NCBI GenBank assembly: GCA_963712115.1
Contig: CAVQGX010000063.1
Span: 1 to 23,898 of the forward strand
Reading direction: 5' to 3'
DNA from: an uncultured delta proteobacterium
GTDB lineage: Bacteria; Desulfobacterota; Syntrophobacteria; BM002
DNA length: 23,898 nt
Shown: piece by piece, positions 1 to 8,711 of the stretch
Numbering within the stretch: position 1 is the first letter of the stretch
Layout of the letters: every line of letters starts with the position of its first letter
The notes under the pieces: model-generated
Database searches by the model: none
Told to the model about the DNA's origin: nothing
What the model saw: only the letters and a program-made list of their open reading frames with translations
Made by a program: the position numbers and the translations under genes

Positions 1-2
1 GC

Positions 3-1784
3 TTCAGTTCGCTGGATATAGTAACTTTTCTCTACTACTATGAGATGAACACCGCCAAACTCGGCATAGACCACCCCGACCGGGATATTTATTTTTCCTC
101 GAAGGGGCACGATGCTCCTGGGCACTACGCCGTCCTTTATTCCTTGGGGATTATCCCAAAAGATAAGGCTATCAATTTGAGACGTCTTGGCGGCACCCAT
201 GGTCACCCGGATGTCAATGTCCCTGGCATCGAAGCGAATTCGGGCTCCCTTGGCATGGGTATTTCCAAGGCAAAAGGAATGGCCGTGGCCAAGAAAATGA
301 ATGGCTGGGGCGGACGCGTATTTGTAATGACCGGGGATGGGGAACTGCAGGAGGGTCAAATCTGGGAGTCTTTGCAGACTTCAGCCCACCAGGATGTTAC
401 TAATATTCAAGTCATTGTTGATTTTAACAAGATACAGACAGACAAGACATTAAATGAGATTATCGACTTAGGTGATCTGGAGAAGAAATTCCAAATATTC
501 GGCTGGCACGTTGAGCGCTGCGATGGGCACGATTTTAACCAACTGGAAAAGGTCTTCCAAAATTTCAGTCTAATAACCGACAAGCCAAAGGTTGTAATAG
601 CAGACACCATAAAAGGAAAAGGCGTCTCTTTCATGGAAGGACCCACCGCGCTGCGGAACGGCAAGGGACTCTACAAATGGCACGCAGGTGCTCCCGACGA
701 TGATTCCTTCATAGCAGGCTACGAAGAGATAGTTGAGCGGATAAATGGCCAACTCAAGGATCTGGGTCTGGAGTCACTGCACACCGAGCTTCTGGAGGCA
801 AGGGAGAAGCACAGGATAAAGCTCAAGGACACCGCTGAAAAGGTGGTGAACGCCTTCGGTGAGGCTCTGGTGGAGCTGGGAGCCAAAAGAAAAGATATCG
901 TGGTTCTGGATGCTGATCTTTCTGCCGACTGTGGACTGCGCCCTTTTGAGAATGCTTTCCCCGAGCGCTTTGTCGAGAATGGTATCGCAGAGCAGGACAT
1001 GGTTTCCATGGCGGGGGGATTAGCACTCCAAGGTCTGTTGCCCATAGTAAATTCCTTTGGAGTATTCCTGGCCTCCAGGGCAAATGAGCAGATCTATAAC
1101 AACGCCACGGAAAACACCAAGATAATTTATGTGTGCCACTACGCCGGCCTTATCCCTGCCGGTCCAGGAAAATCACACCAGAGTCTGCGGGACATCTCAC
1201 TTTTTGGCGCCTTGCCGAATTGTGTAATTCTGGAGCCCTGCAACGGCGCGGAGACAAAACGCGCTTTACAGTGGTGCGTTGAAGAAGCAGAAGCTAACTG
1301 TATGATGCGCTTAGTAATTTCCCCCTCTCCACGGACAATAACTTTGCCAGAGGACTATGACTTTTCATTCGGCAAAGGAACCGTATTGAAGGATGGAAAA
1401 GATGCTGTGCTATTTTCCTATGGTCCAGTAATGTTACATGAAGCCCTAACGGCTGCCGAAATGCTTACGGCGCAGGAATTCTCCTTGAAAGTAGTGAATC
1501 TACCCTGGCTGAACCGAGTAGATGATACGTGGCTGGCAGAAACTATTGGGGACTATCATACAATTTTTTCCTTAGATAATCATTCCGAATACGGAGGTCT
1601 TGGAGACCTATTGTTGAATGCACTAATGTCATCAGATAGTTTGCGTGACAAAAAGCTGATCAAATTTGCAGTTGAGGAACATCCCGCTTGTGGCACCCCT
1701 CCAGAAGCTCTTCGTTTTCACCAATTAGATGGTGAAAGCTTGGTTACGAGAGTTTTAAACGCAATAAGTGCCACTCAGACCTAG
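3..1784 (+). CDS. Transketolase, single-chain (N- and C-terminal domains fused); 5' end lies outside the window
   Basis: Motifs SKGH, GHP, SGSLGMG, ThDP-binding GDGELQEG..N, GIAEQDM and GKSHQ. The frame stays open upstream of the ORF-track Met at 45 (FSSLDIVTFLYY from position 3, typical of the transketolase N-terminus). Confidence 0.92.
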   Translation, partial: FSSLDIVTFLYYYEMNTAKLGIDHPDRDIYFSSKGHDAPGHYAVLYSLGIIPKDKAINLRRLGGTHGHPDVNVPGIEANSGSLGMGISKAKGMAVAKKMNGWGGRVFVMTGDGELQEGQIWESLQTSAHQDVTNIQVIVDFNKIQTDKTLNEIIDLGDLEKKFQIFGWHVERCDGHDFNQLEKVFQNFSLITDKPKVVIADTIKGKGVSFMEGPTALRNGKGLYKWHAGAPDDDSFIAGYEEIVERINGQLKDLGLESLHTELLEAREKHRIKLKDTAEKVVNAFGEALVELGAKRKDIVVLDADLSADCGLRPFENAFPERFVENGIAEQDMVSMAGGLALQGLLPIVNSFGVFLASRANEQIYNNATENTKIIYVCHYAGLIPAGPGKSHQSLRDISLFGALPNCVILEPCNGAETKRALQWCVEEAEANCMMRLVISPSPRTITLPEDYDFSFGKGTVLKDGKDAVLFSYGPVMLHEALTAAEMLTAQEFSLKVVNLPWLNRVDDTWLAETIGDYHTIFSLDNHSEYGGLGDLLLNALMSSDSLRDKKLIKFAVEEHPACGTPPEALRFHQLDGESLVTRVLNAISATQT

Positions 1785-2323
1785 TCATCAAATAGACAAC
1801 TCTGAGGTAGCAGTCAAGAGAATTATCACTATTCACGTTAAGGTTCGATTCAATAGATTTTCAGAAAGATGATACATGAAATCTTAGCATGCTGCTGGGA
1901 AAAAATCTTTTGATCGTGATTTAGAATCATCCAATGCAGAAGACAGTGAGTGCTCAATATTATTAGTTCTCACTGCTGCTTTCCAACATTCCGGAGATGA
2001 AATCATATTAGATGCTTCAAGAATATGGAGCGGTTTTTTCGGTATCCTCCGGCCCCTCTAAAGCTAAGCAACGGGCGTCGGAGGATCGGTTTTTTGTTGC
2101 GAAGATTCGTACGTGCCTCCAACCAGCGGAGGTTAATCGCATCTCGGTTGACGACACTGGCAAGAACTCGGGTAATTATTGATGCTAGAGCTTGATCGTC
2201 TTGCAAGCCTCATTTGGCGTTATCCTTCTGAGGAGTTGTTTAAGGCCTCCCGCAACCCTGCCTAAGGTTGCCTGGTCATGATTAATGGTAGAGGTATGGC
2301 TCCTTTGCAATGCGTCTAGCTTT

Positions 2324-2395
2324 ATCAAAGCAGTATTTGCAGTCGATGGATTCACACATTCGCTATTCGCCCGCGACCGAGCTAGGGCGTTAGTA
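2324..2395 (+). other. Degenerate attC-like recombination site A
   Basis: Right half CGACCGAG-CTAGGGC-GTTAGTA resembles an attC L'/R' end (6/7 match to GTTRRRY). Left TTGCAGTCGATGG partly pairs with CCGCGACCGAG. R'' is degenerate (ATCAAAG). Ends 24 bp before the ATG at 2420. Confidence 0.55.
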
Positions 2396-2419
2396 TTGAA
2401 TGAAAAGGAAGAAGGCAAC

Positions 2420-3250
2420 ATGAAAACTAAACCTGAAACAATGTATATCGAGTTGCTGAAGAAAACTCTAACATTTACTTTATGGCAAGAACCGCCAACT
2501 CCAATTGCTACTTATAATCATAAAAGAACTTTTATTATGCGCGCGCTAGCCTCTGCCATTTCAAGAGTTTTCCAAACAATGGGGCTCCAAGTTGTTCAAG
2601 ATAGGAAATTTTCAGAAAATGAAAGAGTTGAAGGTCGAATATGGCCTGGCTTGGCTCATACCATGATTGGCTTGAAACGTCTGGATAATCTAAAGTTCTG
2701 TATCGAAAAAGTGATAGAGGAAGGAGTTGATGGCGATCTTATCGAAACGGGTGTTTGGAGGGGTGGGGCATGTATCTTTATGCGAGGAGTTCTTGCTGCT
2801 TATGGTATAGAAGACCGTCGAGTTTTTGTTGCAGATTCTTTTGAAGGACTCCCAGAACCTAATGAGACAACCTATCCTAGCGACAAAGGTGACAAGCATC
2901 ACACATTTGACTTCCTGTCAGTATCTAAAGAAGAGGTTGAAAGAAATTTTGAAAAGTATGGTTTATTAGACAATCAAGTTGTATTCCTTAAAGGATGGTT
3001 TAAGGATACCCTTCCAGACGCACCGATTGAAAGACTTTCCATTCTCCGGTTAGATGGTGACATGTATGGTTCCACAATGGATGCGTTAGAGAATCTCTAT
3101 CCAAAACTGTCAAAAAGAGGATTCTGTATAATTGATGATTACGAGATGAAAGGTTGTAAGCAAGCCGTTGATGATTATCGAGCAAGACACAAAATTACTG
3201 AAGAGATGAAAGAAATCGATTGGACTGCGTACTATTGGAGAAAAAGTTAA
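2420..3250 (+). CDS. TylF/MycF/NovP-family sugar O-methyltransferase
   Basis: Motifs HTMIGLKRLDNL, GDLIETGVWRGG, DSFEGLP, KGWFKDTLP, LRLDGDMYGST, IIDDY. Start moved from 2285 to ATG 2420, which follows a purine-rich RBS (AAGGAAGAAGG). Confidence 0.93.
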   Translation: MKTKPETMYIELLKKTLTFTLWQEPPTPIATYNHKRTFIMRALASAISRVFQTMGLQVVQDRKFSENERVEGRIWPGLAHTMIGLKRLDNLKFCIEKVIEEGVDGDLIETGVWRGGACIFMRGVLAAYGIEDRRVFVADSFEGLPEPNETTYPSDKGDKHHTFDFLSVSKEEVERNFEKYGLLDNQVVFLKGWFKDTLPDAPIERLSILRLDGDMYGSTMDALENLYPKLSKRGFCIIDDYEMKGCKQAVDDYRARHKITEEMKEIDWTAYYWRKS

Positions 3251-3315
3251 TAAGCATCTCGTAAATCGCTATAGTGGACGTCACTTGACTGGGCGCCTTA
3301 GCTCCGACGTTAGGT
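3245..3315 (+). other. Degenerate attC-like recombination site B
   Basis: AGTTAAT overlaps the stop codon. The right half GCGCCTTAG-CTCCGAC-GTTAGGT is a typical attC end (GTTRRRY at 3309-3315). Length 71 bp. Confidence 0.6.
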
Positions 3316-3319
3316 CGCA

Positions 3320-4017
3320 ATGATAATGATGAGAAAAGATAAAGTTAGCGTTATCAGGTTATACTATCTGGTATAGGAAGAGCCAGAACAACCTTTTCCT
3401 AAAGCTTATTACAGGGCTAGGGCCTGACACAGGTTTTACTCACATACAAACCATGTCTTACAGATTAGCAATGCTGGTATGGAGTGTTCATTTACTTAGC
3501 CAAATGGCCCTTGTATTTTCAAGGACCCAAAACTTTATGATATGCTTGTAGATACTTTGAGCACGCGGAGATATAAAATCGGTCATGCGTTTAGACCTAA
3601 TGAGCGAATTGTTTTCAGCTGCCCAGAGCCCTACTGAATCTTCTCAAGAAACTTCTCGAGATTCTTTATCTAAAGGTGTCTCGAGATTACCCGGCAGGTT
3701 GTGACGTACTAAAAATCAATCAAAACATCAGGATATTCTAACACGACAACTGTATAAGATTATTCATGCAATTGTTTATTTCGAAGTACTATAAATATTT
3801 TTAGAATTTTCACACCTTACAAATGTTTTATTTTATATATAGACAAAACCACTTCCTAATATTAATGACGTTAGTTATGAATATTTAGAAAAAGCTTCGT
3901 CGCAATAGCGAAGAAAAAATTGGTAATATTGTTTGAGCAGCCAGTGTCTTCATCGACAAAAATTTTAGAATCTCTTAGCGATTTATTGCTCATGACAACA
4001 CAAAACTAAAGACCTAA
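3320..4017 (+). pseudogene. Multiply frameshifted sulfotransferase-fold/P-loop-like gene remnant (absent from the ORF track)
   Basis: Hand translation across frames gives ILSGIGRARTTF (3361-3396), FLKLITGLGPDTGF, NAGME, PCIFKDPKL, IGHAF, MSELFSAAQS and LPGRL*, broken by stops and frameshifts. These resemble G(T)GR(A)GTT and R-x7-S PAPS-binding motifs. Ends are approximate. Confidence 0.6.
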
Positions 4018-4076
4018 TTACCGCCAATAGAGCATTAAGAATAGAACCTTGATAACAATGAATGTGGAGGTTTTGT

Positions 4077-5045
4077 ATGACATATGAAGAGAACAATTAC
4101 ATTTCCAAGTTACTGAACGATTCCAGCAAACTCCATGACATTAACGACTTAAGAGGCTTCCTCAAGAGTCTTGACATTAAACTTATAGAAGAACAATTGG
4201 ATAATGAGATTACTTTATCTACTTCCCTTTCCGATAGAAATTTATATCAAAGATATCCAAAATATGAAAAACACTGGCTTACTTATGTCACAATTCTAAA
4301 AGATATTATTTTGTCCGGCGAAGAGAATCTATCTCGAGTGGCCAAAAAAGTTCAAGATTCTTTTCCGCTTAAACGCTCCAGGATCACCAACGAGGCTGTT
4401 TTCCTTGGTGAACTAAAAAAAGTCCCTCCAGAGGTGATCACCCCATGGCGTGATGCTCTTGCATTGGCATTTTTGGCTAAAAACTGCAACCAAGATACAG
4501 AATGTGTAATTGAAGTTGGATCTGGTCCAGCACTGATCTTATTTAAATTCTGGCTTTCAAATGGGCCTGTCGATGCTACCTATTATGCGCTCGAAATCAC
4601 CCAGACCGCTAGGCTCTGTGCGAACATTTTCGCTTGCCTTGAGCCTAGCATATCCTTTAACTCTTTGTTCTTCGACTATCAGAAACCAGATTTTTCCGCA
4701 TTACGCGATAAATACAAAAGAATTTTCGTTTTCACTCATGGCAGTATTGAGCAGATCCCTAAACTTCAAAAGACCTTCTTCACAGAGCTCTTATTAATAT
4801 CTGAACAACTTACGTGTGTTCACTTTGAACCTGTTGGTTGGCAGATTATCAAGCCAATCAAGCAAGATTCTTTAACAAGGAACCATCGGCGAAGATGTGA
4901 AAAAAAGAATCACAATACAAACCTTTGGCCTATGCTTAAGGAGTTTGAATCCAGAGAGTTAATACGAATTAATGATTATTCAATTAATCTCATAGGTAAG
5001 GCAGATCACTATGCAACTTATATTTCATGGACTAAGCTTCCGTGA
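4077..5045 (+). CDS. Putative class I SAM-dependent methyltransferase-fold protein
   Basis: VIEVGSG motif I, YYALE acidic motif II, FTHGSIEQIP and HFEP. GGAGG RBS at 4066-4070 favours ATG 4077 over 4062. Confidence 0.6.
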   Translation: MTYEENNYISKLLNDSSKLHDINDLRGFLKSLDIKLIEEQLDNEITLSTSLSDRNLYQRYPKYEKHWLTYVTILKDIILSGEENLSRVAKKVQDSFPLKRSRITNEAVFLGELKKVPPEVITPWRDALALAFLAKNCNQDTECVIEVGSGPALILFKFWLSNGPVDATYYALEITQTARLCANIFACLEPSISFNSLFFDYQKPDFSALRDKYKRIFVFTHGSIEQIPKLQKTFFTELLLISEQLTCVHFEPVGWQIIKPIKQDSLTRNHRRRCEKKNHNTNLWPMLKEFESRELIRINDYSINLIGKADHYATYISWTKLP

Positions 5046-5075
5046 TATTAGACCTGGCATCAACATTAAACAAAA

Positions 5076-5145
5076 ATCTGACTGATCCGAATCATACCAT
5101 TTAGAGCGGCGCTGCAAAACGGTCGCCTGATGACGCCCGTTAGCC
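5076..5145 (+). other. Degenerate attC-like recombination site C
   Basis: ATCTGAC (RYYYAAC with one change) ... CCTGAT-GACGCCC-GTTAGCC (5139-5145). Length 70 bp, ending 21 bp before the next ATG. Inner stem pairing is poor. Confidence 0.45.
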
Positions 5146-5166
5146 TCCAAACGAGGTTGTATTTAT

Positions 5167-5898
5167 ATGAACGACCTGGAGAAGTATTTTACCGAGAACA
5201 ATGGGAATCTTATTCACAAGTATAAACACTATTTTGATATCTATGATCGACATTTCTCAAGATTCAGGGGAACTGATGTTCACGTATTGGAAATCGGAGT
5301 ATCCCAAGGCGGTTCACTGCAGATGTGGAAAAGCTACTTTGGTCCCAGAGCTAAAATATACGGAGTGGATATAAATCCAGATTGCAAACAATTAGAAGAA
5401 GAACAGATTTATATATTTATCGGTGATCAAGCTGATAGGGGATTCTTGAGATCTCTCCTTGAAGCCATCCCCAGAATCGATATCCTGATTGATGATGGTG
5501 GTCATACGATGGCACAACAAATAAATACTTTTGAGGTGCTTTTCTCCCATATTGATAAAGAGGGAATATATCTGTGTGAAGATCTACATACGTCCTACTG
5601 GAAAAAATTTGGAGGGGGTTATCGAAAAAGTGGTACTTATATTGAGTATAGCAAGAACTTCATTGATTCTATTCATGCCTGGCATTCCCGGCAGCCAAAA
5701 AAATTGAACGTATCAGAATTCACGAGATCAGTGTGCGGATTACACTACTACAATAGTGTCCTTGTAATTGAAAAAAGGCCTATAGAAAAGCCTTACCACT
5801 TAAGGACTGGATACCCGCGGTTACCACCATTTAAAATGGGCAGGCCCTCTTTCTCAGAGCGTCTAGTTCACTGGTTGCGTCATAAATTTAAAACCTAA
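5167..5898 (+). CDS. Class I SAM-dependent O-methyltransferase (MycE-like / Methyltransf_24-like)
   Basis: VLEIGVSQGGSLQMW, IYGVDIN, IGDQAD, DILIDDGGH, EDLHTSYW. RBS GAGG upstream. Confidence 0.85.
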   Translation: MNDLEKYFTENNGNLIHKYKHYFDIYDRHFSRFRGTDVHVLEIGVSQGGSLQMWKSYFGPRAKIYGVDINPDCKQLEEEQIYIFIGDQADRGFLRSLLEAIPRIDILIDDGGHTMAQQINTFEVLFSHIDKEGIYLCEDLHTSYWKKFGGGYRKSGTYIEYSKNFIDSIHAWHSRQPKKLNVSEFTRSVCGLHYYNSVLVIEKRPIEKPYHLRTGYPRLPPFKMGRPSFSERLVHWLRHKFKT

Positions 5899-5990
5899 CA
5901 AAGGGCCATTTCCAACTTGATTTTTAATGACAAGTCCAGTTTTTCGACTAGATTTATCCTCCAGCACTAACCACATTGCCGACGCTAGTC
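5893..5990 (+). other. attC-like remnant D (intact R'' box, doubtful right half)
   Basis: Perfect RYYYAAC (ACCTAAC, 5893-5899) overlapping the TAA stop and followed by AAAGGGC. A possible mutated R' is GCCGAC-GCTAGTC at 5978-5990. Confidence 0.4.
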
Positions 5991-6119
5991 TATCATGGTG
6001 ATTTTATTGCAGGGGAAAGAGACCTGCTTTACAGGTAGTCCAAAGTCAGCGGACGGGTTTTCTTCTGGTGTATATGAGACATTTGGAGGAGGTAACGCCA
6101 AACGAGCGATATTTGTCAC

Positions 6120-6149
6120 TTGACACACAATTCTCCTTCAGGCTAGTAT
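6120..6149 (+). promoter_or_regulatory. sigma70-type promoter of paralog 1
   Basis: TTGACA (6120-6125), 18 bp, TAGTAT (6144-6149). Shares TCCTTCAGGCTAGTAT with the promoter at 22197. Confidence 0.75.
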
Positions 6150-6286
6150 CCGCTCGTGCTAAAATCAGATTATTGCTAGTCTGCTGCGACTGCGACTGCC
6201 TACGCGGCGCCGAGGAAAAAATAACACATGTTCCGGGTCAATTTTTGGCTGCGGGTTGAGGGACTGAGCGGAGGTCAACCGAGAAC

Positions 6287-7690
6287 ATGACATTTGAGAA
6301 GGCACCACTGCTAATTCCCGTGGAAAATCAGGTGCGCGAACTTGATCCCAAGCTTCTGCTCGCCTGCATTGCAGCGAGGCGTGGCTTTTCAGCGGTGATC
6401 GGCTCACACCGGGAGATAGACTTCCGCATTGCTTCATTTCCTAGAAGTCTATATCTCTGCAAAAGCTTTACGGTTCGTAACCTTAAGATGTTCCGCATTA
6501 TGCACAAGCTCGGACATGAAATCGTTTCTTGGGACGAGGAAGCGCTTGTCCACTTGCCGCCCGAAATGTATTACTCACGCCGTCTTTCTCCCTTAACAAT
6601 GAAATATATATCCCATCTATTTGCATGGGGAGCGGATAACGCCGAACTTTGGCGACAATATCCCGAATTCCCAGCCGGATTGCCGATTCATATAACCGGC
6701 AATCCTCGCAGCGACATGATGCGGCCTGAGATGTGTGCTTTCTACGAAAATGAGGTTAAAGAAATTCGAAGCCTTTACGGTGAGTTCATCCTCATCAACA
6801 CTAATTTCAATCACGTAAATGCCTTTTTCCCAGCACAGAATCTGTTTCAGCCGGTAAAAAGTCCTGGAGAGGAGCCGGAGTTCGGTAAAGCTGGGAGAGG
6901 GATGACCCGAGAATTCGCTGAAGGGTTTAGAGATCACAAGCGGGCTATTTTCGAGGACTTTCAACGCCTCGTCCCGCAGCTTGAACAGGCCTTTCCAAAT
7001 TATAAGATCGTTGTCCGGCCTCATCCGACCGAGAGTCAAGAAGTCTATAAAGAAATTGCTGCCCAATGCGAGCGGGTGCAGGTGACCAACGAGGGTAACG
7101 TTGTCCCCTGGCTCATGGCTACCAGAGCTCTCATTCATAATGGCTGTACCACTGGGGTTGAGGCTTACGTGATGGGTGTCCCCGCCATATCCTACAGGGC
7201 AACAATCAATGAGTACTACGACTACGGGTTCTATCGCTTGCCCAACCTGCTGAGTCACCAATGTTTTGACTTCGAAGAGCTGCAAATAACCCTGGGGAAA
7301 ATACTGGCCGGCGAACTTGGGGCTGCGGATGGAGAAGTACGAAAGAAATTAGTCGACCATTATTTGGCGGCACAGGATGGCCAACTAGCCAGTGAAAGGA
7401 TCATCAATGTTCTAGAAGAGATGGTGGAAAACCGTTCCACATTGCCAAGGCCTTCTCCACTCCAGCGATTTGGCGGCTGGTGCACGGCAAATGGCCGTCG
7501 CCTGCTGAAACGGGCCAAGGCTTATCTCCCTGGTACGCATGCCCCACCCGAGTTTCATCGACATCGTTATCCTGGTATTTCACTCGAGGAACTGAGTGCA
7601 CGTATAGGAAAATTCCAGCAGCTATTGAACGACGAGAGAGAACTGAGTCTAGAAGAACTATTTCCCCATATTTTTCGGATTAGCGCGTGA
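6287..7690 (+). CDS. Surface carbohydrate biosynthesis protein (TIGR04396-like), paralog 1, 467 aa
   Basis: PVENQVRELD.KLLLA N-terminus, WDEEALV, FAWG, TGNPR.D, ILINTNF, VVRPHPTE, IHNGCTTGVEA. GGAGG RBS. Confidence 0.85.
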   Translation: MTFEKAPLLIPVENQVRELDPKLLLACIAARRGFSAVIGSHREIDFRIASFPRSLYLCKSFTVRNLKMFRIMHKLGHEIVSWDEEALVHLPPEMYYSRRLSPLTMKYISHLFAWGADNAELWRQYPEFPAGLPIHITGNPRSDMMRPEMCAFYENEVKEIRSLYGEFILINTNFNHVNAFFPAQNLFQPVKSPGEEPEFGKAGRGMTREFAEGFRDHKRAIFEDFQRLVPQLEQAFPNYKIVVRPHPTESQEVYKEIAAQCERVQVTNEGNVVPWLMATRALIHNGCTTGVEAYVMGVPAISYRATINEYYDYGFYRLPNLLSHQCFDFEELQITLGKILAGELGAADGEVRKKLVDHYLAAQDGQLASERIINVLEEMVENRSTLPRPSPLQRFGGWCTANGRRLLKRAKAYLPGTHAPPEFHRHRYPGISLEELSARIGKFQQLLNDERELSLEELFPHIFRISA

Positions 7691-7709
7691 GGCAAAACGG
7701 AGGACCAGC

Positions 7710-8579
7710 ATGAAGATCTTTGTTTTAGGGACAGGAAAGTCTGGAACTACCGCTCTCTTATATAAGATTGCCGAAGGGCTGACAAACTGCAAGGTTTTTT
7801 CGGGAGGTCAACCTGGAAAATACGCAGGCGACTACGAAAACGTTGTCTACAAGCATACATACGAAGAGCGTAAAGGCAAAAGTTTCAATCTCCTCAATGA
7901 ACATCTCCAGAAAGAGCACTACGACCGTAAAATCTGGATAGCCAGAGATCCTAGGGATGCCGCTGTCAGCCGCATGCTCTACAGATGGCACAAGCTTTAC
8001 TGGTGGCACAGGGGCTATACGGAGAAGAAGAAGCAATATCTAGCGCATCTGGATCTGGTAATGAAAAAGGAAAGAGATCCGAGAGCCATTCCCTTTCACG
8101 TCATATGCCGCTACGCTGGTCACCGAAACGCCTGGCCTATCAGCGCGGAGGAAGTGGTGGAGGAAGAACGGATCCGCTATCGAAACATGTGTAACTTCGT
8201 GAGAAGTCTCGGTGAGGATTGGTATCATTTCACCTACGAGTCAATGGTGAGCAAGAATTTTGACGGCTTGAATGAATATGTCGGCTTTCAGGTAAAGGAA
8301 GACGCAGAGATCCCCACGTCCACGGGCAAGGCTAAGGTGGTCAGAAAGAAGACCACCGGAGACTGGCGCCATTGGTTCACCGAAGAAGATGTGGAACTTT
8401 TCAAGTCCGCTTACCTGTCCTACATGGCGTTGATCGGCTATGATTGCGACGATTGGGCTCTGAGCAAGAATCCTGTCATTGAGGCAGAGTACTCGTCCGC
8501 CTATATGCAGAGTCTACCTCGCAGAGCACCTTTGGATGTGATCCGACACTACAGGGAACGGTTGGTGAAGCGGGGTTGA
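7710..8579 (+). CDS. Sulfotransferase-domain protein, paralog A1
   Basis: 5'-PSB-like GTGKSGTT, 3'-PB RDPRDAAVS, YE motif and C-terminal RKK..GDWRHWFT. GGAGG RBS. Confidence 0.8.
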   Translation: MKIFVLGTGKSGTTALLYKIAEGLTNCKVFSGGQPGKYAGDYENVVYKHTYEERKGKSFNLLNEHLQKEHYDRKIWIARDPRDAAVSRMLYRWHKLYWWHRGYTEKKKQYLAHLDLVMKKERDPRAIPFHVICRYAGHRNAWPISAEEVVEEERIRYRNMCNFVRSLGEDWYHFTYESMVSKNFDGLNEYVGFQVKEDAEIPTSTGKAKVVRKKTTGDWRHWFTEEDVELFKSAYLSYMALIGYDCDDWALSKNPVIEAEYSSAYMQSLPRRAPLDVIRHYRERLVKRG

Positions 8580-8711
8580 AGCTAAGGGTCTGTCTTGCTA
8601 TCATTAATCAGCGTTCATCCGGAAACTCTAATATTTTGATGTTATTTGATAACCTATATTTTTAAGAGTTCCCCCATCCCAATTCCTGGACCTGCCCAAC
8701 AGGTAAACGAC

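Noticed and set aside
1779-1843. attC-like site after the transketolase (ACCTAGT...GTTAAGG)
   Set aside because: Both boxes are imperfect and there is no L-box pairing.
1785-2323. Small ORFs or an integrase remnant upstream of the first attC-like site
   Set aside because: No recognisable protein or tyrosine-recombinase motifs by eye. BLASTX would be needed.
3870-3876. GTTAGTT as an extra attC core
   Set aside because: It falls inside the pseudogene reading (DVSYE) and has no partner stem.
6184-6199. CTGCGA short tandem repeat
   Set aside because: Under three units, too short to support slippage control.
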